Below are positions 52,109-60,996 of a DNA stretch of 64,000 bases, piece after piece (position 1 is the first letter of the stretch; each line of letters opens with the position of its first letter). Origin of the DNA: a virus. Where the stretch lies: positions 103,374-167,373 of the IMG/VR virus record IMGVR_UViG_3300042922_000265. One strand, given 5' to 3'. The notes under the pieces are model-generated. The model saw nothing but the letters and a program-made list of their open reading frames with translations, was not told where the DNA came from and made no database searches. Position numbers and translations under genes: made by a program.

Positions 52109-52761
52109 TTGAGCAGGGTGAACAGCAGATCCACATCGGGCTCGATGCCGTGATCGTTGAAGATCTTGGCCAGGACATAGGTCTCGGCAATGACGTACTC
52201 AGGGGTGAGAGACTCATGCTCCGGCGACTCGGTCAGGGTACGCAGGCGCGCCTTGGTGCGCTCGGTCTGGCGGAGCTGTGACTCCCAGGTGGTGGCGGGC
52301 TCGCCGCGTTCAGCAGCAGCGTCGTGAGCATCGGCGATGCGATCCAGCACAGCCTGACGCAGATCAGGAGGACTCACACGCAGGGCGTTGATGATCTGGA
52401 ATCCGACGCCGTCACCCTCACGAAGGAGTCCGAGCAGGATGTGCTCGGTAGCGATGTAGCCCACGTTGAGCTGGCGCGCTTCCTTCAGAGACAACTCCAG
52501 CACCAGCTTGGCGCGCGGCGTGAACGGAATGTGGCCGGTGGGGGCCTGCTGACCATATCCAATGAGGTCGCCAACCCTGTCACGAACCTTCTCCACGGTG
52601 ATGCCACGCTCAGTCAGGACCTGCCCAGCAATGCCCTCGGCCTCGTGCGCCAACGCCAACAGGATGTGCTCGGTGCCGATGTAGTTGTGGTTGAGCATCC
52701 GGGCCTCTTCTTGAGCCAGGACGACCACCCGACGGGCACGGTCTGTGAATCTCTCGAACAT
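52084..52761 (-). CDS. Stand-alone ClpC N-terminal (Clp repeat) domain protein
   Basis: MFERFTDRARRVVVLAQEEARMLNHNYIGTEHILL...GHIPFTPRAK..LELSL.EA; no AAA domain. Confidence 0.9.
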   Translation of the reverse strand: MFERFTDRARRVVVLAQEEARMLNHNYIGTEHILLALAHEAEGIAGQVLTERGITVEKVRDRVGDLIGYGQQAPTGHIPFTPRAKLVLELSLKEARQLNVGYIATEHILLGLLREGDGVGFQIINALRVSPPDLRQAVLDRIADAHDAAAERGEPATTWESQLRQTERTKARLRTLTESPEHESLTPEYVIAETYVLAKIFNDHGIEPDVDLLFTLLKWKTGGTP

Positions 52762-53039
52762 CAGACGCTTTCTTCTGCCGGGTGTGGTGGTTCCGGGGTG
52801 ACGACCTTCTTGGGTCGCGGCTTGTCGCCATCGCGGATCTGATACACCCTGGGCAACGAAAGCCCACTAGCCTTGGACAGCTTGTTGCCGCTGATGTCCA
52901 TGTCGAAGCCAGTCTTGATCAGGTCGTGCACCTCCTTCATCGCCTCATCCTCGCGACTACGGATGCGACGCAGCTTAGCCTTAGCCTGTTCGAGCTGGTC
53001 AAGGTGCTGCTGCTGTTCTGGGCCGACCTTCTTGGTCAT
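52761..53039 (-). CDS. Putative HTH DNA-binding protein
   Basis: ISGNKLSKASGLSLPRVYQIR. Confidence 0.6.
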   Translation of the reverse strand: MTKKVGPEQQQHLDQLEQAKAKLRRIRSREDEAMKEVHDLIKTGFDMDISGNKLSKASGLSLPRVYQIRDGDKPRPKKVVTPEPPHPAEESV

Positions 53040-53063
53040 GGGCGCGGTGTTCCTCTCATGGCT

Positions 53064-53312
53064 CTATCGAGCCGGGGCGTTATTGGGTGAGTTGTTGGGC
53101 AGGTTGTTGGGTCCCAAAGTTGATACAGCTTCTTTCTCTTGAGATGGGTGAATACCGAGCATCATCATCAGCTCGGTGGCCTCTTCGGCGTTGTCCACAT
53201 TGGCGCATACGGTGAGACGGGCCTTGGAGATCTGATCGTCCTCCAACGGGTCACCGTCCATCGTCACGGTCATGGACTCAGCATCAATTGCCGAGGCGTG
53301 CTTTCCTGCCAT
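53064..53312 (-). CDS. Hypothetical protein
   Basis: GGAG SD; upstream TATAGT promoter-like element. Confidence 0.65.
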   Translation of the reverse strand: MAGKHASAIDAESMTVTMDGDPLEDDQISKARLTVCANVDNAEEATELMMMLGIHPSQEKEAVSTLGPNNLPNNSPNNAPAR

Positions 53313-53385
53313 CTGCTCTCCACTTCGGATACAGCTCCACCACTCTGATGAAGCTATAACTACTATAGCAGATACCTACAGCGAA

Positions 53386-55665
53386 CTAGAACCGCCCACG
53401 TGCACGGTTTGAGCCACCTCCGGCGTACCGATTGCGCTCGGATCGAACAGCGCTTGTGGGAGCATTGCGACCGAACCCACGATCCGGGCGTTCCAGGCGC
53501 TGAGCATTGAAACGCTCCAGGTTGTTGCGGTTGGAACGCGCACGTACTGCGCGAGAATCCTGCGGCGCATCGCGGCCACCGACGCCTGCCAGAGCCATTC
53601 GCTCCTGCTCGCGACCGCTCTTGAGTCCTGCGGTGTTGGTGGAACCGAACGAGGCACGGGTGCGACCCTTGTACCAACGCTCCAAGTGATCCTCCAGCAG
53701 GTCCACAGCCACCACCATGACACAGTCGGCGAGGTCCTTGGTGGTCACCGGGCCGATCTCCTGGCGATCGACCTTGCCGTTCTTCTCCTGGAGGAACTTC
53801 AGCTCTTGCTCCAGCAGGCTCATGCCGTCGTCGAAGAAGTCGTCCTTGTAGGCGTGCACCAGGCCCAGGTTGATGGCGGCCTTGAAACGCTCGAACCGGC
53901 GCTGGTTCTCCTGCACCGTGAACGTCTTCTCGAAGATGTGCATCTGGGGGTGGTCCAAGCGCTGCTGATCGACCAGACCGAAGGCGGCGTACTGGTCGTA
54001 GGTCATCTTGGAGATGGACGGCCACTTGCGCAGCAGGCTGTCGATGTCACGGCCCACCGTGACGTAGTTGACGGTGTGATCGACGAAGTTCTCTGGCTTC
54101 CACACATGCAGCTTGTCGAAGATGACGTGCGGGAGGACACGGCCACCCTTCTTGCAGTTGTGATCGTACTTGAGCTGCGGTGGGGCGTTGCGGGGCAAGT
54201 TGTTGGGGTCCCACCCGCAGCCATCGCACGGCGCGTCCTCGATATGGCCGATGGCAAAGCCGAAGTTGGCGTTGGTGCGCGACGGGTCACCGTGCGCGCG
54301 GTAGACGATGGAGAACTTACCCTTGTCCTGCTTGACGACGTCATCACGCCACCACGGGCGCTCAAACATGCGGTCGACCATGATCTCGTTGAGGTAGGCG
54401 TCCTCGACGCTGGCGAACTGCGCAGCACGTTCGACCTTGAACTTCTCGGGGTTCTTGGCCCGCATGCGCTGCATGGCCCTGGACTCAGGCCCATCACCCT
54501 CCGGGTCCCACTGCACCGGGCGCTTCCACCGGGGGAAGGTGCGCTTCTTGCCGGGACGCATTGGGATGGTGTGGCTGGTGTCCCAATCCTGGTAGGTGGC
54601 CCAGGACGGCAGCTGGAAGATCAGCATGCCAGGGTCAGCGATGGCGACCTCCAGCTCCTCTTCCACCTCGTCCATGTCCATGCCCAGGTGAGCCTCGGTG
54701 TAGGTGCGCCGCTCGAACTTACCCTCGCGCTTGTCGTACTCCTCCATGGTCACGCAGCCCTCTTGGTAGAGCTGGTAGAAGCGACCGACCTTGGTGAAGG
54801 GCGAGCTGGGGACATAGGTGAACTGCTGCAGACCAAACTGGTCCAGCGAGGGCTGCATAGCGGCGTAGACCTCGTCGCCACTCTTGGTCGAGCCAGTGCC
54901 CATGATCTGGTGGGCGAACTCGTCGTAGTAGTTGGCGAAGCCGTTACCACCACGCTTGCTGGTCGAGCTGGTGGCCGCCGCCTGGGCGTGCAGTGAGGCG
55001 TACTCGCGGTCCAGGGACACACCCTGCAGGCGCATCTCGTCGATATAGCGCTCATCGGCGGGCGTGCGGATGTAGAAGTCGGTGACGCGGTTGGCCACGA
55101 TGTGCGGCTTGAGGTACTCGCAGTTCTCCACGGTGCGCCGGATGTCACCGAACTGACGATCGGCGGCCTGAGCCTGGGTGGTCGCGATGACGGTCAACTC
55201 ACCCACAGCGTGAGGCACGATGCCGAAATGCTGCTGCCAGTCGTCCAGGCTCAGGAAGTAGGCCAGGCGCTCTGCCCCGGTGACACCACCAATGATGCCC
55301 TTGGACGCACGACGACCGGCCACGGCCTGGACGTGCGGGAAGTGGTGGTACCCGTTGGTCTTCAGGTAGTGGACGCGGTCCCAGATGTCAGGCTGCACAC
55401 CGATGGGCTGGGTGCGGTCCTTGAAACCCTGCCGCCACTCCTCGATCTTCTCGAAATCGTAGTCGGTCATCATCTCGGTTTCGAGATAGATGAGCTTGAG
55501 CAACGTCAGCTGACGTGGGTACAGGTTCATCCCACAGAAGCTGCGGTGGGTGGCGAAGTCGACGATGGACTCCCACGGCGGCCCCGAACGCATGGCGTTC
55601 TGGAACTGCTTGATGGGGTCAAATGACCAGCCCTCACCGCCTGGCGTGACGTTGCGGGAGACCAC
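53386..55665 (-). CDS. Terminase large subunit
   Basis: LYPRQ, Walker A-like AGRRASKG, IATTQAQA, Walker B YYDEFAH, PSSP, nuclease region HGDPS...KDLAD. Confidence 0.8.
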   Translation of the reverse strand: MVSRNVTPGGEGWSFDPIKQFQNAMRSGPPWESIVDFATHRSFCGMNLYPRQLTLLKLIYLETEMMTDYDFEKIEEWRQGFKDRTQPIGVQPDIWDRVHYLKTNGYHHFPHVQAVAGRRASKGIIGGVTGAERLAYFLSLDDWQQHFGIVPHAVGELTVIATTQAQAADRQFGDIRRTVENCEYLKPHIVANRVTDFYIRTPADERYIDEMRLQGVSLDREYASLHAQAAATSSTSKRGGNGFANYYDEFAHQIMGTGSTKSGDEVYAAMQPSLDQFGLQQFTYVPSSPFTKVGRFYQLYQEGCVTMEEYDKREGKFERRTYTEAHLGMDMDEVEEELEVAIADPGMLIFQLPSWATYQDWDTSHTIPMRPGKKRTFPRWKRPVQWDPEGDGPESRAMQRMRAKNPEKFKVERAAQFASVEDAYLNEIMVDRMFERPWWRDDVVKQDKGKFSIVYRAHGDPSRTNANFGFAIGHIEDAPCDGCGWDPNNLPRNAPPQLKYDHNCKKGGRVLPHVIFDKLHVWKPENFVDHTVNYVTVGRDIDSLLRKWPSISKMTYDQYAAFGLVDQQRLDHPQMHIFEKTFTVQENQRRFERFKAAINLGLVHAYKDDFFDDGMSLLEQELKFLQEKNGKVDRQEIGPVTTKDLADCVMVVAVDLLEDHLERWYKGRTRASFGSTNTAGLKSGREQERMALAGVGGRDAPQDSRAVRARSNRNNLERFNAQRLERPDRGFGRNAPTSAVRSERNRYAGGGSNRARGRF

Positions 55666-55671
55666 GGTCGG

Positions 55672-55998
55672 TTACTTCTTCCAGGGGTTCTCGTACGTGC
55701 CGTCGTGCGGTGGCTCCACGGCTACTGGAGCGTCCGGGCCGACGGCCAGGGTGTCGACCTCGGTGGCATTCGGGTCCACGGCCAGCACGGTGCCCTTGGG
55801 CTTGTACGGGGCACGGTAGATGCCCAGTGCGGTCAGCACAGCGAACAGCGCGCCGACAACAGCAGGCCACGGTGACGGCAGGGCGTCGGTGGACTGCAAG
55901 ATGAACGGACCGATGAAGGTCAACAGCGAGCCGATGAGGCCCACCCAGGTCTTCATCTTGGACGGGATGATCTCGGTGATGTCGACGGGGTTGGTCAT
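55672..55998 (-). CDS. Holin
   Basis: Two TM helices (K.WVGLIGS...LTALGIY); directly after lysin A. Confidence 0.75.
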   Translation of the reverse strand: MTNPVDITEIIPSKMKTWVGLIGSLLTFIGPFILQSTDALPSPWPAVVGALFAVLTALGIYRAPYKPKGTVLAVDPNATEVDTLAVGPDAPVAVEPPHDGTYENPWKK

Positions 55999-57728
55999 GA
56001 TGTCTCTCCATCCGATGCCTTGGTCTGCAGCACGCCGATCAGCGCGAGCAGCGGAGCCTTCTCGGTGTCATTGAGCACACCCGAGAGCTGCAGGGCCTCC
56101 AGCGCGTCGTACGCGCGCCCGATGACCTGGCCGGTGCTGCTGGCCGTGGGCTCAGCGACAACCTGCTGCTGCAGCGATGCCTGATATGCCTGGGCCTGCA
56201 GTGCCTCGGTCAGGCCAGGCACTGGCCCTGCCGAGACGGGGGTGTCCCTGGCCGTCGGCACCACATCGGTGACCTCGGCCAGGATGGCGCGGGCGATCTG
56301 CCGGTCCTCCTGACGATCCGGGTAGCGCACGGGGTCAGCATTGGCGACCTCGCGCAATAGTTCCAGTGAGCCAGGATGGCCGTAGCCAGCCAGCAGGCGT
56401 ACCAGCTGCACGTGGCCATGGCCGTCGCCATTGAGCGTGAACCCAGCGATGGTGTCTACCGCGCCTTCACCGAGGTGACGCAGCGGACTGCGGCTCGGGA
56501 AGCGCTTGAGCACTTCGCTGTGGATCTCGCTGATCTTGCGTTCTGCTTCGGCGCTCAACTCGTCCTCCTCGGGTACGGGTGTGGTGTTGATCAGGGCAAG
56601 GAGCTGGACACCGAGCGCCGATGCCCGGTCGTAGCGCGCCTTGCGGTCAGCGGCACCGTTCTGGCCGCCGTTGATGGCCTGGGTGACGGCGTACAGGTTG
56701 CGCTCGTCGCTCAGACGGTTGATCTGTGGTCGGGCCACAGTCCAGTACCAGGCAGGACCGACACCCGCATAGCGGATCTCGGCCAGACGACGCGAGTCGT
56801 CCACAAAGTAGGTCGGCGTGGGGACGATGCCCTGCTCATAGGCCCATTTGCTCAGCTGGGTGTAGTTGTGTCGGCCCGTGACCTGAATCCACGAACGCCC
56901 CTTGAAGCGCACGCCATCACCAGGCTGGGTGTTGCCCAAGTCCTTGCGGCCCTCGTAGGCCGCACCGGAGGCGATCTCCTCGGTGTACTTGAAGCTGGCC
57001 GACTCGTGGCCCATCTGCGCCAACCACATGGCGATGCGGTTGGGGTTGGTGGCATCGCTCTCGGCCAATCCGGTCTGAATGCCAGGCAGGATCTCCGCCG
57101 CGCGAGCCACGCTCAGGCCAGTAGCGCGTACCAGAACGTCGATGGCCGCTGGGACCTGCACGGGTGGCTTGGGCTGCTCGGGCGGCGTAGTGGTACCGCC
57201 GCGCTTGTATGTGCTGAATCCATCCGGGCGGATCTTGCGCCGGATGAAGTCGTTGACCTTGGCAACGTGCTGGGAACCATAGGTGTTGCCACCCATCTGG
57301 AAGTGCATCCAGTCCCGAATGGACCAGTAGCCGCCGCAGAAGATCATGCCCTCATACCAGTCGAGCAGCTCGTCGAGAGCCTTGGCCTTGGGTCCTGGGT
57401 AGGCACGTTCCTTGGTGATGCCATACCGAAACACGGGGGCCTCGGGCGGTCCGTTCCAGTTCAGATCCATGCCGGTGCCAGACAGATGGTTGCTGGAAGA
57501 CACGCTGTTGGTGGCGGTCCAGCACGCGCTGTCAGCATCACGCAGAGGCTCGATGTAGGCGTGGTAATCAGCCGCGAAGGCGGCCATGATCTTCTCCGGC
57601 TGGCCCTCGCGGATCAGCAACGAGACATGTTGCGCGCCGGGGATGCGCACCCAGCGGCAACTGTTCTGGTCGACCATCCGCCACCCGTTCTCCGAGTGGG
57701 TTCGACCATAGACGGTCCTGTCAGCCAC
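55995..57728 (-). CDS. lysA: Lysin A (M15-type peptidase + GH19 glycoside hydrolase + C-terminal domain)
   Basis: SENGW, SNHLSGTGMDLNW, DWMHFQ; WLAQMGHES, FKGRSWIQVTGRHNY, INGGQNG. Confidence 0.92.
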   Translation of the reverse strand: MADRTVYGRTHSENGWRMVDQNSCRWVRIPGAQHVSLLIREGQPEKIMAAFAADYHAYIEPLRDADSACWTATNSVSSSNHLSGTGMDLNWNGPPEAPVFRYGITKERAYPGPKAKALDELLDWYEGMIFCGGYWSIRDWMHFQMGGNTYGSQHVAKVNDFIRRKIRPDGFSTYKRGGTTTPPEQPKPPVQVPAAIDVLVRATGLSVARAAEILPGIQTGLAESDATNPNRIAMWLAQMGHESASFKYTEEIASGAAYEGRKDLGNTQPGDGVRFKGRSWIQVTGRHNYTQLSKWAYEQGIVPTPTYFVDDSRRLAEIRYAGVGPAWYWTVARPQINRLSDERNLYAVTQAINGGQNGAADRKARYDRASALGVQLLALINTTPVPEEDELSAEAERKISEIHSEVLKRFPSRSPLRHLGEGAVDTIAGFTLNGDGHGHVQLVRLLAGYGHPGSLELLREVANADPVRYPDRQEDRQIARAILAEVTDVVPTARDTPVSAGPVPGLTEALQAQAYQASLQQQVVAEPTASSTGQVIGRAYDALEALQLSGVLNDTEKAPLLALIGVLQTKASDGETS

Positions 57729-58020
57729 GCGGCCTCCAGAAGTCAGCCAGCTGGCCGAGGCCAGGGAAGGTGATGTTCGGGATCAACTGGTCCAGCGCAG
57801 CAGCGGCGGCATCAGTAACCTGCGCCAAGTCGGGCTTGCCGTCGCGGTTCAGGTCAGCACTGGTGATCGCCTCCACGGCAGCGGCGGCTGACGCGACCGG
57901 GATGATCGGCAGAATGCGCTCGGTGATGAGTTCACCGAGGATGTCCTTGATCGCCTGCTTGGTCTGCGGGTCCGCGATGACCTTGACGATCACGTCTTTG
58001 ACAAAGTCCTGTAGTGCCAC
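57721..58020 (-). CDS. Hypothetical protein upstream of lysin A
   Basis: AGGAGG SD, GTG start. Confidence 0.7.
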   Translation of the reverse strand: MALQDFVKDVIVKVIADPQTKQAIKDILGELITERILPIIPVASAAAAVEAITSADLNRDGKPDLAQVTDAAAAALDQLIPNITFPGLGQLADFWRPRG

Positions 58021-58061
58021 TGGGCACCTCCTCTATCCCTTCTAGGGATTGCTGACAGGAA

Positions 58062-58814
58062 CTACAGTGCGGTGCGAGCGAAGAAGAGTGCGGCGGTGGC
58101 CACAGATCCAACCTGGGTCGTCGACTGCCCGCCCTCGGTGTCAAACAGCCAGGCGTTGATGAGCAAATTGGTGGCGGGATGCCAGGAGTCCTGGACGCCA
58201 TCCTGTCCCTCGGCCAGCGCAGCGGTGACCGGCAGCACGGTGATGGTCTGATAATCCAGGTAGTGGCTGCGCCCATATCCCTGGCCAATGAGCGTCTGCG
58301 CCGCGTAGGTGGTCTGGGTGTTGTCGCCGATGCGGATCTCGATGACGGCTCGGCCTGTGCTGGCCACCGAGGTGCTCATAAACACCAAGGGCTGGCCACG
58401 CACGCCAGAGACACCCAGATTCCACTGAGCGATCTTGAGAGGGGTGATGCCCGTGGTGCCACCAAAGGTCTGGTTGGCCCCCCAGGGACCACGCATGGTG
58501 CCTGCGCCGAGGACGGGGACCTGAGCCTGAGGCACCTTGCCGTCACTGCCCAGCGTGGCCACACCGGAAGCCGTGCCCTTTGCTGTCAGGGGAACCAACA
58601 GGTTGTCCTGGGCCGGGTAGTAGCTAGCTGGTGCGTACAGTTCGTCCTGGCTGTCCACGTAGGTCTTGGGTGCACGAGTGGACTTCAGGGTGTCGACACG
58701 GCCCGCGACATAGGCGCGACTGACACCACTGGTGAGGATCTCCTCAGTGGTCTGACGAGTTTCGGTGGCGCGTGGGTGGTCTTCATCCACACCCACGAAT
58801 GGCAATCCAGCGAT
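58062..58814 (-). CDS. Minor tail / fibre-associated protein (possible ATC start)
   Basis: YVDSQD...GVATLGSDGKVPQAQVP, paralogous to its neighbours. Confidence 0.7.
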   Translation of the reverse strand: MAGLPFVGVDEDHPRATETRQTTEEILTSGVSRAYVAGRVDTLKSTRAPKTYVDSQDELYAPASYYPAQDNLLVPLTAKGTASGVATLGSDGKVPQAQVPVLGAGTMRGPWGANQTFGGTTGITPLKIAQWNLGVSGVRGQPLVFMSTSVASTGRAVIEIRIGDNTQTTYAAQTLIGQGYGRSHYLDYQTITVLPVTAALAEGQDGVQDSWHPATNLLINAWLFDTEGGQSTTQVGSVATAALFFARTAL

Positions 58815-58824
58815 GATGCACCTC

Positions 58825-59595
58825 CTAGAGTCCGGGATAGACCAGCGCGAAGAAGGTCAGTCCCGCGCTGGCAAACGTGTACGTGGACCCGCTCCACAGA
58901 CTGAGCCACAAACTGAAGTCCACCGCGCCCTCGATCGGCAGACGGTTGCCGGGGTTGACCGAGTTATCGGCGAAGGGCAGTGCGGTGTGCATCGCCATGT
59001 GTCGATGGGCCGTGGTCAGGCACCAGGAGTACTTGGTGTCATCATTGCGCAGCACGCTGATCTGGCCGTAGCTGCCGGTGCCCATCATGCGGTTGGCCGA
59101 TGCCCCCAGGGTGGACCCACCCAGAACCTGAGCGAAGATCAGCGGCACGTAGGGGTAGCCAGGATCGGGAATGGTCAGCGACGCAGCCTGGTATTCCTTG
59201 GGGTTGTTGCTGGTCGCCTGGTATTGCCCACTGATGATGATGCTGGTGGCCGGTACGAACAGCGGTTTGCGGTTGGTCTGCACTGTGGGCAGGTACGGCG
59301 AGGTGACGTAGCTGTTGTTGTCGAGCGGGACGACCCCGTTGGCCTGGCCCACCTGGGTGGTCGGCACGTAGTTCTGGTCTGCTGCATCGACGGCGGTCTT
59401 GAGTGCGCGCAGGTTGTCCTGCTGATCGACGTAGGCCGGGTTGACCAGTCCTGCGGCTGACGCCTGTGCGGCGACCTCGGAATTGATGTAGTCGTCGTCC
59501 ACACGGATGGTGTCGTAGCGAGTGTTGACGTAGCTGCGCGGCACCACGGAGGTGTCGCTGTCAGGGGTGCGACCCACATACCGAATCGGTGGCAT
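58825..59595 (-). CDS. Minor tail / fibre-associated protein
   Basis: YVDQQDNL...NGVVPLD...PDPGYPY shared with neighbours; AGGAGG SD. Confidence 0.75.
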   Translation of the reverse strand: MPPIRYVGRTPDSDTSVVPRSYVNTRYDTIRVDDDYINSEVAAQASAAGLVNPAYVDQQDNLRALKTAVDAADQNYVPTTQVGQANGVVPLDNNSYVTSPYLPTVQTNRKPLFVPATSIIISGQYQATSNNPKEYQAASLTIPDPGYPYVPLIFAQVLGGSTLGASANRMMGTGSYGQISVLRNDDTKYSWCLTTAHRHMAMHTALPFADNSVNPGNRLPIEGAVDFSLWLSLWSGSTYTFASAGLTFFALVYPGL

Positions 59596-59604
59596 GACTC
59601 CTCC

Positions 59605-60996
59605 TTACGCCGGGTAGGCCATGACGTGGAGCTTGGGCCGGTAATTGCGCAGGGTGCTGATCCCGGCCCCGGTGTTCAGCGCCCTGATGTAGAGCGTGGT
59701 CGCACCTGTCTGCACAGGCATGGAATGCAAGTTCTGCGGAACGACGATGACCGGCGCGTAGTTGCGAAACATGTCGTTGACCCAGATGGACTCGAAATCC
59801 GGTGGCTTGGTCTGGCCAAGGTTTGCTGCCGCCGGAGCCTGCATGAATCCCCAGCCACGATTATTCGGACCGTAAACGGTGAGCCCGGTGTTGTCGGTGA
59901 AATCCAGGATCGGGGTGTTGGAGCCGTGCCGGTAATACCGGAATCGACGCATGTCCAGGTCGTACTCGCCTGCGGTCAACCAGATCAGTTCGTTGTTGGA
60001 TGGCTGCCCTGACGGCGCGGTGGCCAGAACCTGCTCCCCGTCACTGGTCGGCGACCGATACACCAGCGAACACGAACCCGGACTGGTGTTGTGGATCGCC
60101 ACATAGCTGGTGAAATCAGCATTCACGCGAGTGTAGAGCCGGAAGGCAGGGCGACCCTGGGAACCGAACTCAGGGTCACCATTGCCGCCGATGCGTACGA
60201 ACACACCCTGACGGTCAGAGCCGGTCTGAGCAAAGGCGGGGTCGATGGCTCGGGCATGGCAACGCCGAGCCAGGCCCGCGTACGGCCAGTAGGCGCGTCC
60301 GTCATTGATGCCTAGACGACCACCAGATCCGTTATCGCCGCCGGTGCCGTCCGGATTGGTGGCGTAGGTCTGCTCCCACCCAGGGCCGAGGTTGTTGGCA
60401 TCAGGCCGCTCGAAATCGTCCCCGTGAGCCAATTCGGTGACGTCCTGGGAATCGTTGGCTCCCTGACCGACCCCGATGATGGTTCCCGATGCAGAACCGA
60501 GGCGCACGTAGACCACAGAATGCTCGGTATCAACATCCGATCGGGCATCCACTTCCCCGAAGACGACGAGCCGGTACGGATAGCCAGGATCGGTAACTCC
60601 GCACGTGTACAGCGTGGTTTCTGCTGCCGCTGTGGTCTGCGCGTTGTAGGCCGACGGAGACCACGGGCCACGATGGTACTGCTGGGTGTTGGGGGCGTTG
60701 ATGCGCGCCGGGTTGAGCTTGCTGGTGGCGTCCAGGCCCGCCACGCCGTTGGGGACCTCACGACTGGCCAGCTTGACCCGCAGGTTGTCCTGGGCATTGA
60801 CATAGGCGGTAGTGGCCAGCAGCGCGTCGCGATCATCCACGTAGGTCCGCGAAGCGTAGCTGGTCAAACCCGCGTTGATCGCATCATCGATCTCCTCGGT
60901 GGACAGCTCGTTGCCCTTGAGAAGGTCGACATAATCCTGGTACACCAGGTCTCGGTCAGCGGCAATGGCCGCGCCGACGTTGCGCAGCCCTGACAT
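59605..60996 (-). CDS. Minor tail protein
   Basis: YVNAQDNL, NGVAGLD, TDPGYPY, DDFER...LGPGW, NRGWGF; TGATG coupling at 60996. Confidence 0.75.
   Translation of the reverse strand: MSGLRNVGAAIAADRDLVYQDYVDLLKGNELSTEEIDDAINAGLTSYASRTYVDDRDALLATTAYVNAQDNLRVKLASREVPNGVAGLDATSKLNPARINAPNTQQYHRGPWSPSAYNAQTTAAAETTLYTCGVTDPGYPYRLVVFGEVDARSDVDTEHSVVYVRLGSASGTIIGVGQGANDSQDVTELAHGDDFERPDANNLGPGWEQTYATNPDGTGGDNGSGGRLGINDGRAYWPYAGLARRCHARAIDPAFAQTGSDRQGVFVRIGGNGDPEFGSQGRPAFRLYTRVNADFTSYVAIHNTSPGSCSLVYRSPTSDGEQVLATAPSGQPSNNELIWLTAGEYDLDMRRFRYYRHGSNTPILDFTDNTGLTVYGPNNRGWGFMQAPAAANLGQTKPPDFESIWVNDMFRNYAPVIVVPQNLHSMPVQTGATTLYIRALNTGAGISTLRNYRPKLHVMAYPA

Noticed and set aside
2212-58827. Genome-wide amber recoding
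   Set aside because: Conserved genes end properly at TAG, and read-through checked at 6119, 53386 and 58825 gives no in-frame fusion to the next gene.
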